A stretch of DNA of 30,636 bases. Origin: an uncultured Myxococcales bacterium. Lineage in GTDB: Bacteria; Myxococcota_A; UBA9160; UBA4427. The notes under the pieces are model-generated. The model searched no databases. It had not been told where the DNA came from and worked only from the letters and a program-made list of their open reading frames with translations. The stretch is from assembly GCA_963933695.1 (NCBI GenBank), contig CAWVXN010000001.1, positions 1 through 30,636 on the forward strand. The letters run 5' to 3'. The position numbers and the translations under genes were made by a program. This document shows, one piece after another, positions 18,496 through 28,444 of this stretch (position 1 is the stretch's first letter; each line of letters begins with the position of its first letter).

Positions 18496-19869
18496 TCAAC
18501 CGGGCGTAGATCCGCCTCCACTTCGCATCAAGCTGGGTCCAGCCAGTTCAAGCCCCAGCAAAAGCCGCCTTATCCAATCGAGCGCCACTTGGGCGGTCAA
18601 TTCGCGATGCCGTAATCGGTCTACGGAAAACACGAAATGCTCCACCGCCACGCCTTCCCCAGCCGGCTCTCCTGGAGCCGCTTCCGTCGAATCCGAAGCG
18701 CTCGCGCCACCTAGCGCCTGCTCCTGTGGTGCCCCCCAGGCGATTGCGAGATAAACCAGGCCCACCGGTTTTTCATCGGACCCACCTCCAGGTCCGGATA
18801 TTCCCGTAGTGGCGATTCCTATATCCGAACCAAAGCGCTCACGAACCTCGATGGCCATCGCTCGAGCTACGGGTTCGGAAACCGCTCCATGCGCCGCAAG
18901 CAACGCTTCGGGCACGCCCAATTGCCTCTGCTTGGCGCGATTCGCGTAGGCGACAACACCCCCCAGAAAATAATCCGATGAACCGGGAACATTGGTCAGT
19001 TTTTGAGCGATCAGACCCCCGGTACACGATTCGGCAACGGCCACTGTCCGGCCTTTTTCAGTCAGTAGTTGACCCACCACCGCTTCGAGGGTCTGATCGC
19101 CCTCGCCATAGATGAGATCACCAATCCGCTCGCGAATGACTGCAATCACCCCTTCAATACGCGCATCGGCCTCGGCAATCGAAGCGCCTCGGGCAACCAC
19201 GCGCAGGAAATTGTCGGGGAAGCTCGTGCGAAAGGCGAGCTCGGTTTTGCCATCCTTCGCTATATCCGAGAGTTCCCCCTCGAGCGTGGACTCTCCCATC
19301 CCGAAGGTTCGTAGCAGCCGGGCCCTGACCCGGGAAACGCCTCGGCTTCCCTCGAGCCGATCGGCGATTCGGGGTAGAACCTGCTCGTCCATCATGAGGG
19401 AGAGCTCACGGGGAACTCCCGGCATGCAAAAGACCAGGGTCCCCTGTTCTTCCAGCAAAAAACCCGGGGCGGTCCCGACCGGGTTGGCCAGGATATCTGC
19501 CCCGGCCGGGAAAAAAGCTTGTTTCCGATTCGTGTCGTTCATTTCACGACCGATCCGCTCAAAAAATGCTCGAAGGTTCTCGAAGCTGGGTTCGTCAAAT
19601 TCAAGCGTCCGCCCCAATGCATCGGCCAGAACTTCCGTTGTGAGATCGTCCCGCGTAGGCCCAAGTCCTCCCGAAACAAGCAGTAGATCGCTTCGCGAGA
19701 TGCCCCGATGAAACGCGTCCCGCATGTCTTTGGGATCGTCGCGTACCGAGCTCTGGTAGTGGCACTCCACATCGAGTTGCAACAGCCGAGAGGCCATCAG
19801 CGCTTTGTTCGAATCGACTATTTCACCGCGCAGGACCTCGTCTCCGATAGTCAAGATTTCCGCCTTCAT
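18496..19869 (-). CDS. cinA: Competence/damage-inducible protein CinA (MoCF/COG1058 domain + PncC NMN deamidase)
   Basis: IGDEVLRGEIVDSN, SGGLGPTRDDLT, PGVPRE, AVAESCTGG, GAVSEPVARAMA, TTGISGPGGG. Confidence 0.95.
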   Translation of the reverse strand: MKAEILTIGDEVLRGEIVDSNKALMASRLLQLDVECHYQSSVRDDPKDMRDAFHRGISRSDLLLVSGGLGPTRDDLTTEVLADALGRTLEFDEPSFENLRAFFERIGREMNDTNRKQAFFPAGADILANPVGTAPGFLLEEQGTLVFCMPGVPRELSLMMDEQVLPRIADRLEGSRGVSRVRARLLRTFGMGESTLEGELSDIAKDGKTELAFRTSFPDNFLRVVARGASIAEADARIEGVIAVIRERIGDLIYGEGDQTLEAVVGQLLTEKGRTVAVAESCTGGLIAQKLTNVPGSSDYFLGGVVAYANRAKQRQLGVPEALLAAHGAVSEPVARAMAIEVRERFGSDIGIATTGISGPGGGSDEKPVGLVYLAIAWGAPQEQALGGASASDSTEAAPGEPAGEGVAVEHFVFSVDRLRHRELTAQVALDWIRRLLLGLELAGPSLMRSGGGSTPG

Positions 19870-20468
19870 TCGACGAGCCCCACCAGAACTGCCGCCTGAG
19901 CGGCTTGGAGTTTCAAGGCAACCAGAACGTACGCGGGAACCATGACCACGAGGGCAGCCAAGAATCCTGCCACGATGTCATCTGCCATAACTCCCGCCCC
20001 ACGCTTGAATTTATCTTCTGCCCACTTCACTGGCCCCGGCTTGCGAATATCAAACCACCGAAATGCGACGAATCCGGTCACAACCAGCAACCACCAGATG
20101 TCGATTCTTGCGAATCGCGTCGATTCCAGACCCGGAATTTCCAATCCGCCGAGGGCGATCTCGTTCAGGAGGACCAACGGGAACAAGGCAATCAACTGCC
20201 CGACGAACTCGTCGATCACAATCCGGCCGTCATCGTGGCGTCCGAAATAGGACTCGGCAGCGCTCGAAGCCCAAACGCCCAAGCCGGAGAACGCCACCAA
20301 AACCAGCCCATAGAGCGGCCCACCCAAGCGGTGGAGGCCAAAGGTGAACACCGCAACCGCGACCAACGCGCCCCAGGTTCCTGGGGCCCATGGCCCAAAC
20401 CCCACGCCGCCGGTCGTAGCGATCCAGACCGCGGGCCCTGCACCTGATGCGCCGGCGGAAGCGGGCAA
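19866..20468 (-). CDS. pgpA: Phosphatidylglycerophosphatase A (true start uncertain)
   Basis: APGTWG, HDDGRIVIDEFVG, FRWFDIRKPGPV, GVMADDIVAG. The stop overlaps the cinA ATG. The frame is open for 109 more codons upstream of the TTG. Confidence 0.9.
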   Translation of the reverse strand: MPASAGASGAGPAVWIATTGGVGFGPWAPGTWGALVAVAVFTFGLHRLGGPLYGLVLVAFSGLGVWASSAAESYFGRHDDGRIVIDEFVGQLIALFPLVLLNEIALGGLEIPGLESTRFARIDIWWLLVVTGFVAFRWFDIRKPGPVKWAEDKFKRGAGVMADDIVAGFLAALVVMVPAYVLVALKLQAAQAAVLVGLVE

Positions 20469-20844
20469 CGCCGCGGCCCCCCTTTCCGCCTTGCGGCGTC
20501 GGCCTGAAGAAGCCGTTAGCGAGGGGCGTGACGAGGTGTCTAAAGAGGGTGTCGGCTCACCCTGCTGACCCTCCGATCCCGAGCCAGCGGGCGATCGCTG
20601 GGCCTCGGGTTCGGAATCAGTGGAGATAGGTTGGCCGTCGAGGCCAGCCCCTGAATCCCCATCGCCGACGCCGACGCCGACGCTGCTGGCGCTGGCGGCA
20701 TTGTCATTGCTTCCGGATCGATGAGGATCCTCAGAAGTTTTTGTTTTTATTGAGTTTTTTCTTTCTCTCAGAGGTTCATCTCGATCCGGGAGACCCTACG
20801 GAGAGTCAGTCATTCGGGGCACAGCCGGGGGGGGCGTGACTGCA

Positions 20845-20874
20845 ACATTAGCGGGCCGTACTTCGGCCCGTCAA
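20845..20874 (-). promoter_or_regulatory. Putative sigma70 promoter for pgpA-cinA-recA with a palindrome in the spacer
   Basis: Minus strand TTGACG-N18-TAATGT. A perfect inverted repeat CGGGCCG-TACTT-CGGCCCG (20852-20870) overlaps the spacer and the -35. Confidence 0.4.
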
Positions 20875-21014
20875 GAATAAGCGAAAGAAAGGTGAAAATG
20901 AGTCGCAGCTGTCGAGCTCAGATACTCTGCCGGGACGTCTGAAAACCATATCGTGAAAACATGCCCTCCCCGCCTCCGGGCGCGGCAGTGCCAGGCGCTA
21001 CACTGCCCCGCCTG

Positions 21015-21458
21015 ATGCGTGTGCTCGGTGTCGATCTCGGCGAAAAAAGGATCGGCCTCGCGGTCTCGGACCCCGAGGCCTCTATTGCCTTTCCGGCTGG
21101 GATCCTGCCCAGCACGGGTCGGAAGGCGGATATCGCCGCGTTATGCGCTCTCATCGTCGAGCGCGAGATCGGCGCCGTGGTGGTGGGACTTCCGCGTCAC
21201 ATGGATGGCCGGTATGGACCCGAGGCGGCGGCCGCCGAAAAATTTGCCGCGGGCCTCCGGAGAGCTTCGGGCCTGGCCGTTGAAACCCTGGATGAACGCT
21301 GGACGAGCCAGGAGGCCGAGCGCAGCCTTCAAGCTCAGGGCCTCAATGCCCGACGCAGCCGGGCCCACGTGGACGAAGTAGCCGCCACCATCATCCTGCG
21401 CACTTACCTCGAGCTCAGCCGAAACACGGCCCACACTCAAGAGCAAGAGGACGATTGA
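21015..21458 (+). CDS. ruvX: YqgF/RuvX pre-16S rRNA nuclease
   Basis: MRVLGVDLGEKRIGLAVSD, VVGLP, DERWTS, VDEVAATIIL. Start set to ATG 21015. Confidence 0.93.
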   Translation: MRVLGVDLGEKRIGLAVSDPEASIAFPAGILPSTGRKADIAALCALIVEREIGAVVVGLPRHMDGRYGPEAAAAEKFAAGLRRASGLAVETLDERWTSQEAERSLQAQGLNARRSRAHVDEVAATIILRTYLELSRNTAHTQEQEDD

Positions 21459-22456
21459 TGCGACGACTCCTAGCGGGCGCCCTCACGGCTCTGATCCTGG
21501 CTGGCCTGGCCAGCGTCCACTATGGACGATCACTTCTCGAACCGGTCTCCTCCGATCCGCAGACCGTTCTCTTCACCATTGAAAATGGCGCGTCCTTTGC
21601 GACGGTGACGACCCGGCTCGAGGATCGGGGGCTGATCCGAAGCGCCCGGGCGGCAACAGCGATCGCTCGGTTCCAGGGGCTCGACCAAAAATTGCACGTC
21701 GGCGAATACGAGCTCTCCGCCAGCACTAGCACCCAGGAAATTCTCGGGGCGATCACCGGAGGGCCGGTCAAAACTTGGCCCGTGACTCTCCCGGAAGGCA
21801 GCCGAGCCGTGGATATCGCCGCCCGGCTGGAGGCGAAGGGCCTGGTCAACGCGGCCGACTTCTTGGGGGTGGTCACTGACAGACGCTTCGCCGAGGAATT
21901 GGGCGTTCCCGCCCACGGACTCGAGGGCTACCTGTACCCGGATACCTACAAGCTGCCCAGAGGCCTCTCGCCCCGGCAAATCGCTCGAATCATGGTGAAG
22001 CAATTTGATCGTGTCTGGGAGACACGGATCGCGGCACTCGCCAGGGACTCGGCCCTTTCCAAGAACGAAATTGTGATTCTCGCGTCCATCGTAGAAAAGG
22101 AAACCGCCGCCTCTGAGGAGCGACCTCTGATTGCTTCGGTCTTCCTCAACCGCCTTGGACTGGGCATGCGACTGGAAACCGATCCCACCGTGATCTATGG
22201 GATCCCGGATTTCGATGGAAACCTTCGGAAAAGGCACCTCACCGACGCCAGCAACCCTTACAACACCTACAGGATCCCAGGCCTCCCACCCGGCGCCATC
22301 GCGAACCCTGGAGCCGAGGCGATGTTCGCGGTTGTCAGCCCAGACAGTTCGGAGTTCCTTTACTTTGTTTCACGTAACGACGGCACGCACCAATTTTCAC
22401 CCACCTATCGCGAACACGTGAACGCCGTAAACCGCTACCAACGCCGACGCCGATGA
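21458..22456 (+). CDS. mltG: Endolytic transglycosylase MltG (YceG)
   Basis: N-terminal TM, VTLPEG, LEGYLYPDTY, LASIVEKET, RLETDPTVIY, YNTYRIPGLPPGAIANPG, LYFVS. TGATG overlap with ruvX. Confidence 0.95.
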   Translation: MRRLLAGALTALILAGLASVHYGRSLLEPVSSDPQTVLFTIENGASFATVTTRLEDRGLIRSARAATAIARFQGLDQKLHVGEYELSASTSTQEILGAITGGPVKTWPVTLPEGSRAVDIAARLEAKGLVNAADFLGVVTDRRFAEELGVPAHGLEGYLYPDTYKLPRGLSPRQIARIMVKQFDRVWETRIAALARDSALSKNEIVILASIVEKETAASEERPLIASVFLNRLGLGMRLETDPTVIYGIPDFDGNLRKRHLTDASNPYNTYRIPGLPPGAIANPGAEAMFAVVSPDSSEFLYFVSRNDGTHQFSPTYREHVNAVNRYQRRRR

Positions 22457-22498
22457 TGATGATGACGATGACGAGCTCCGAGAAAATTTAGCCTTGAG

Positions 22499-24151
22499 CT
22501 ATCGATCCGGCCGAAGGCTAAGAGCGAGGAGAGGCACGGCGCGTTCTCCGCTAATCGTGGTCAGCAGTGTGGTGAGCTTCGGACCCTGTTCGCGACCGAT
22601 CAGAAGATCGTAAGCAACAGGGCAGAATGTCTTCAAGCTCAAATCGGTCTCGTCACAGAGGCTCTTCATATGGGGGATCAGATTTGCTTCTGAGATATCC
22701 GGCTGGTTGGTCAATACCTCCACCAAGCGCTCCAGCACCGTGCGTTGGTCGGGAGTGAGCGGCCGCGTCACGGCCTGGCTGCGCATCCGATAACGGAAAT
22801 CCTCGGGCGCGTATTCCTCAATCCAGCGCCAGCAACATTCCGCACGCTGACGAAAAAATCTCCTCTCCTCGTCACTCGAAATGTCTCCCATCGCTTCGTA
22901 CCGTGCGAGACTTCGATCGACATCGCCGTCGTAAGCCTGCAAAATGACGGACAGGCCTCTAAATCCCGGAACGAAGGGAACGGGGCTCCCTGGCTCGATT
23001 CGAGCAGCCGCAACCGAGGACAACTCGAAAGTACGCCGAGTGATCCTTCGTTTCTTGTCCGCCTTGCTTCCGTCCTCTGCTTCGTGGGCCAGTCTCCGTG
23101 CTCGATCAAAATCTTCATAAAGTTTGATGACATCGAGATCGAATGAGATCTGAAATTCACTCCCGGGGCGCTGGCTTGCAAATATCCAGCGCAGCATCTC
23201 TGGTTCGTAGATCGCGAGGCAATCGGCCACGGTCACGACATCTCCGGAAGAACTTGAGATCTTTCCGCCCCTACCCTTCACTCGAACAAAATCGTAGGCG
23301 ACGTATTGCGGAGCTTCGCCCTTGTAGACCTCTGCGACGATTTCCCGTCCCGTGTCGTAGCTCCCCCCTGCGCTGCTGTGGTCTTTGCCACCGGGCTCAA
23401 AGGCAACGTCTTCATGGCACCATCGCATGGGCCAATCGACGCGCCAGGGAAGTTTCACACTCCCACCCTCTCGCAGGTCCACGGAGCCTTCGTGATCGCA
23501 AGTGCGGCACCCGTAGTCGACTATCCATTCTCCCGGCCAGGAAAAAGTGATCTCGTCTCTCCCGCAGGCATCGCAAAACCCAGCCAGAGGAAGCCAGTCT
23601 TCGTCCAGGGGTTGGGTACGGTGGGCGTTCAAGATCGAACGCAGAGCTCTGCGTTCCTCCAGTGCCTTGCGTATGCCTTCGGCGTAATCCCCCGCGCGAT
23701 AACGACTCGATTGCCTGATGAACTCGGGTTCGATTCCCAGAGGCCCGAGACTCTCTTCAAAAAGGGCAATAAAATGCGAGGCGTAGCTGTCCTCTTCACC
23801 GTAGGGATCAGGAACATCGGCCACGCTCCGGCGGAGGTTTTCCTCGAGCATTTCGGGATGCGGAACACCCTGGGGAACCTTGCGAAAAACATCGAAATCG
23901 TCCCAGGAATAAATAAACCGTACTTCGACTCCCTGATCGCGTAGGGCCCGGGCAACCAGATCGACGCTCATCACTTCGCGGAAATTCCCGACATGGACGA
24001 CGCCCGAAGGCGTGATGCCGGCGGCAACTGTTAGCTGCCTCTTCCCCGGGTGGCCTTCAATGGTACGGCGAGCCGCGTGATCCGCCCAGTGCGAGAAATA
24101 GGAATCTGACTTTTTGCGCTGCGACTCGCGTATGTCCTGCATCTCGGACAA
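22499..24151 (-). CDS. lysS: Lysine--tRNA ligase, class I
   Basis: HWAD, GITPSGVVHVGN (HIGH-like), KLPWRVDWPMRW, FEPGGKDH, KISSS (KMSKS-like), and two CxxC pairs (CDAC, CRTC). Start is TTG 24151 or ATG 24142. Confidence 0.95.
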   Translation of the reverse strand: MSEMQDIRESQRKKSDSYFSHWADHAARRTIEGHPGKRQLTVAAGITPSGVVHVGNFREVMSVDLVARALRDQGVEVRFIYSWDDFDVFRKVPQGVPHPEMLEENLRRSVADVPDPYGEEDSYASHFIALFEESLGPLGIEPEFIRQSSRYRAGDYAEGIRKALEERRALRSILNAHRTQPLDEDWLPLAGFCDACGRDEITFSWPGEWIVDYGCRTCDHEGSVDLREGGSVKLPWRVDWPMRWCHEDVAFEPGGKDHSSAGGSYDTGREIVAEVYKGEAPQYVAYDFVRVKGRGGKISSSSGDVVTVADCLAIYEPEMLRWIFASQRPGSEFQISFDLDVIKLYEDFDRARRLAHEAEDGSKADKKRRITRRTFELSSVAAARIEPGSPVPFVPGFRGLSVILQAYDGDVDRSLARYEAMGDISSDEERRFFRQRAECCWRWIEEYAPEDFRYRMRSQAVTRPLTPDQRTVLERLVEVLTNQPDISEANLIPHMKSLCDETDLSLKTFCPVAYDLLIGREQGPKLTTLLTTISGERAVPLLALSLRPDR

Positions 24152-24319
24152 CTGTCGCCCAGCGACGAGATGGGCGCCAACGAAAGCGAGAGTCGCCCTT
24201 CGAATCAGATATTTCCTTGATCAGCAGTCGCCTTGGATTTCAGGCTGGCCCACCGAGCCGAGGTCAATGATGGGAGTACTGCACCGAACAAGGATCGAAG
24301 CCAGAGGCCTCCACGAAAT

Positions 24320-24351
24320 GAAAGCGGACGCCATTTCTGACGCCCGCTTTC
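24320..24351 (-). terminator. Probable intrinsic terminator after mreB
   Basis: Minus-strand RNA GAAAGCGGGCGUCA-GAAA-UGGCGUCCGCUUUC: 14 bp with two G-U pairs (possible on this strand only), a GNRA loop, then AUUUCG. Lies 36 nt after the mreB stop. Confidence 0.65.
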
Positions 24352-24387
24352 TTCCGTTCCCCGCGATTCAAATTTTATGACCGGGCC

Positions 24388-25437
<1,050 letters not shown>

Positions 25438-25700
25438 TCAGGGCCACTCAATTCGGTCGACATAACCGGCTGGGCCCGTTTCCATGCGTATCGGCAAGTG
25501 GCCCGCAATCCTTGAGGCGTCCCAGGCGATCATTGACCACTTTTCCCGACACCAGCGAAGGGCGTGGGACACAAAAGCCGGCGGCACGGCGAAGCCAAGC
25601 CGGCCGCCCCCCGGGCAGAGATAGCCTTGAGATCGAGCTTGTCCCCCTTGGGGGCCTCGGCTAGCCCCGCGAAAAAGGGCTCTGGAACGCTGCTGCCAAG

Positions 25701-26111
25701 CTACTCCGCCGTCGGCGCCAGGCCGGGCGGCTCCGGGGAGCCATTTTCCGTCGTCGGTTCGTGTTCCACCAGACGTTGGAGTCGCTCCATCTCGGTGCTC
25801 AGATCCGCAACGCCAAGGCGAACCGTTTCCAAGTGGCCCTGATAGGCCCCCAATTGACCCCGAACTTCCGCGAGCTCCGCCACCAGGGCGCCATTGACTG
25901 CGATCAAGGACTCGGCTCGGCGATACTGCCCAACGGCGAGCAGGCCGGCTCCCAACATAAGGAGCACAAGCGCACCGACGAGGGCCCAAACCGCCCAGGG
26001 GCGCCGAGTACTGGCCAAGGGTTCTCCCTCCGCAGCACTGGAGGGGAATCCCGAAGCGCCGGGCGGATCTTCGCGAACGACACTCAGACCCGGATTTGGA
26101 GACGGTCCCAT
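25701..26111 (-). CDS. Hypothetical bitopic membrane protein with a coiled coil (136 aa)
   Basis: AGGAAGG SD 6 nt before the ATG. One TM (WAVWALVGALVLLMLGAGLLAV) followed by a heptad-spaced Leu/Val helix; Pro-rich termini. Confidence 0.75.
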   Translation of the reverse strand: MGPSPNPGLSVVREDPPGASGFPSSAAEGEPLASTRRPWAVWALVGALVLLMLGAGLLAVGQYRRAESLIAVNGALVAELAEVRGQLGAYQGHLETVRLGVADLSTEMERLQRLVEHEPTTENGSPEPPGLAPTAE

Positions 26112-26201
26112 CGATAGCCTTCCTGCATTGGGGGCACCGAATTCGCACTCCTCACGGAAGAGATCCGAACGCGCGCCAGCGACTCACAAGGACAAGCGAG
26201 A

Positions 26202-26231
26202 AGTATACGCATCCGGGCGAGGAATTCGCAA
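26202..26231 (-). promoter_or_regulatory. Putative sigma70 promoter for the 136-aa gene
   Basis: Minus strand TTGCGA-N18-TATACT, between the pafA stop and ATG 26111. Confidence 0.5.
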
Positions 26232-26280
26232 GCAGGACAGGCGCTGCGGACGCGACAGCCGGTGTTCCCCAGGCGCGGGG

Positions 26281-27687
26281 CTACGACTGAATGACGAGTT
26301 TCGAGAGACTCGTTTTGCGGAGATTCGTTTTCTGGATGGTCCGTACCAGTTCAGCCACCTTCTCGGTATTGGTCTCGAAGGGGTTATTGCAGATCACACG
26401 AACGTTCAGAAGATTTCCTAGCCGAATATTTGACCAATCGAGGTCGTATTGGATCGAGTGCTCACGAGCCAACTTGATGAACTCGCCACGCATGCGCGCC
26501 CGAGTGTCCTGAGGCGGCTCAGTCTTCGCCTGATCCACCTCTTCGTCGGTAAATAGCCGATCGACAGCCCCGTTGCGCTCAAGCAGGTAATAGAGCCCAC
26601 GATCGCGCTGAATGTCATGGTACTGAAGATCCATCATGAATACCTTGGGATCGCTCCACGACGTGCCGTGACGGTCAATGTACGATTCGATTAAACGTTT
26701 CTTGATAATCCAGTCGATCTTTCGATCGAGTTTGCTCGGGTCCGTATCCAAGCAATCCAACACGTACTGCCACATCTTCACAGCCAGCTTGTGCTCGTCA
26801 CTCACCGGATATTGCTCGATGTACTTTTGCGCCATTTCGCAGTATTCGCGCTGCATTTCGATGGGCGAGTATTCTCGGCCACTATCGAGTCGCAGCTTTC
26901 GCTTGCATGTGACGTCGTAGGTTATGTCCTTAATCGCCTTCACTGGGTTACGAAGGGTGAAGTCCTTGTTGATGTAGTTGTCTTCAATCATTTGGAGGAC
27001 AACAGAGCATGTACCCACCTTGATGAAATTGGTGTACTCGCTCATATTCGAGTCGCCCACGATCACGTGGAGTCGGCGGTATTTTTCGCGATCTGCGTGG
27101 GGTTCGTCCCGGGTATTGATAATCGACCGGTCGTTCGTCGTCGTACCCGAAATCTTCTGATAAATATGCTGCGCTCTCTGGCTCACGCAGTAGTGAACCC
27201 CGTCTTGCGTCTGAAAAACCTTGCCCGCACCGGTGTAAATCTGTCGAGTCACAAGAAATGGAATCAGTTGTTCGGCGAGGTAATAAAAATCAACATCGCG
27301 GTCGACAAGATAGTTCTCGTGACAGCCGTAGCTGTTGCCAACAAAATCGGTGTTGTTCTTGAATATTGAGAGTTTTCCGGGAATGCCTTCTTCACGAATT
27401 TTCGCTTCCGCATAAAGCTGCAAGTCTTCGAGAATTCGCTCGCCAGCCTTATCGTGAATGATCAACTGCTTGGGCGAAGCACACTCGGGCGTCGCGTACT
27501 CTGGGTGGCAACCGGTATCCTGATAGAAACGGGCACCATTCTCCAGGAATACATTGAGAAAATGCTCAGTCGTAATCAGCTTCTCAAAAAGGAATCGGAT
27601 CGCCTTTTCAACGGGAAGTGTCTTTCGCCCCTCTGGCGTAAAGATGATCCCGTACTCTGTTTCCACTCCGTAGATGCGTTTTTGCAT
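26281..27687 (-). CDS. pafA: Pup--protein ligase
   Basis: RIYGVETEYG, NGARFYQDTGCHPEYATPEC, FKNNTD..GNSYGCHENY, IINTRDEPHAD..KYRRLHVIVGDSNMSE, DLQYHDI, PPQDTRARMRGEFI. Start is ATG 27687 or GTG 27699. Confidence 0.95.
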   Translation of the reverse strand: MQKRIYGVETEYGIIFTPEGRKTLPVEKAIRFLFEKLITTEHFLNVFLENGARFYQDTGCHPEYATPECASPKQLIIHDKAGERILEDLQLYAEAKIREEGIPGKLSIFKNNTDFVGNSYGCHENYLVDRDVDFYYLAEQLIPFLVTRQIYTGAGKVFQTQDGVHYCVSQRAQHIYQKISGTTTNDRSIINTRDEPHADREKYRRLHVIVGDSNMSEYTNFIKVGTCSVVLQMIEDNYINKDFTLRNPVKAIKDITYDVTCKRKLRLDSGREYSPIEMQREYCEMAQKYIEQYPVSDEHKLAVKMWQYVLDCLDTDPSKLDRKIDWIIKKRLIESYIDRHGTSWSDPKVFMMDLQYHDIQRDRGLYYLLERNGAVDRLFTDEEVDQAKTEPPQDTRARMRGEFIKLAREHSIQYDLDWSNIRLGNLLNVRVICNNPFETNTEKVAELVRTIQKTNLRKTSLSKLVIQS

Positions 27688-27742
27688 CTTTTTTACCACT
27701 CATTCGACCGGATCAGTCGAACCCTCTGTGTTTTGTCCGTCG

Positions 27743-28444
27743 CTATCCGTTGTCCAGCATTACCCTCACTTCTTCGACAGAGAGCCGAGTAAACTTGCGA
27801 CCTGGCCTCGTCCTATCCATGAGACATACCTCAAGAGTCGTTTCAGTAAGGTTTGAGCCTCTTTCTGACCCCGAATCAAGTGCTTTTTTTCCCATCCTGA
27901 CCGCATCGGCAGTGCTGAGGCCTGCCTGATAGTTGCTCGCCAGCCAAGTTTCCACATCGGCTACGTTACCCCCGATCACGCAGTAGTTGGCGTGATCGCT
28001 GATGAAACCATCGAAATTGACACGGTAGAGTGAGTTCTTCCGGTGGTCTTCCCAGCGATCATCGCCGACCTCCGCCACGATGATTTCAATCTCGAGCGGC
28101 TTCATCTCACGGGTGAACACTTCCCCAATAGCCTGGGAGTAGGCATTCGCCAAAGCCTGGCCCGCCACATCCTCACGGCTGTACGCGTAGCCCTTGGTAT
28201 CCGCAAAGCGGACGCCGATTTTTCGGAGCTGGTCAAATTCACTGAACTTCCCAACCCCGGCGAAAGCAATTCGATCGTAAATCTCGCCGACTTTCGAGAG
28301 GCTCGTAGCATTCTCGGCAACCAGGAGGACGCCCCCTGCAAACTCCAGGGCGACGATTGACTTCCCTCGGCTAATTCCTTTACGAGCGAATTCCGCCTTG
28401 TCGGCCATGATTTGCTCGGGCGAAGCGTAGAAGGGCATGCTCAT
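27743..28444 (-). CDS. prcA: 20S proteasome alpha subunit (actinobacterial type)
   Basis: MSMPFYASPEQIMADKAEFARKGISRGKS, KVGEIYDRIAFAGVGKFSEF, GYAYSREDV, KPLEIEI, LEVCLMDR. ATGA overlap with prcB. Confidence 0.95.
   Translation of the reverse strand: MSMPFYASPEQIMADKAEFARKGISRGKSIVALEFAGGVLLVAENATSLSKVGEIYDRIAFAGVGKFSEFDQLRKIGVRFADTKGYAYSREDVAGQALANAYSQAIGEVFTREMKPLEIEIIVAEVGDDRWEDHRKNSLYRVNFDGFISDHANYCVIGGNVADVETWLASNYQAGLSTADAVRMGKKALDSGSERGSNLTETTLEVCLMDRTRPGRKFTRLSVEEVRVMLDNG

Noticed and set aside
20796-20813. Amber read-through from ATG 20813 into pgpA
   Set aside because: That ATG has no SD, and there is no evidence of pyrrolysine machinery or recoding in the window; every other gene uses stops normally.
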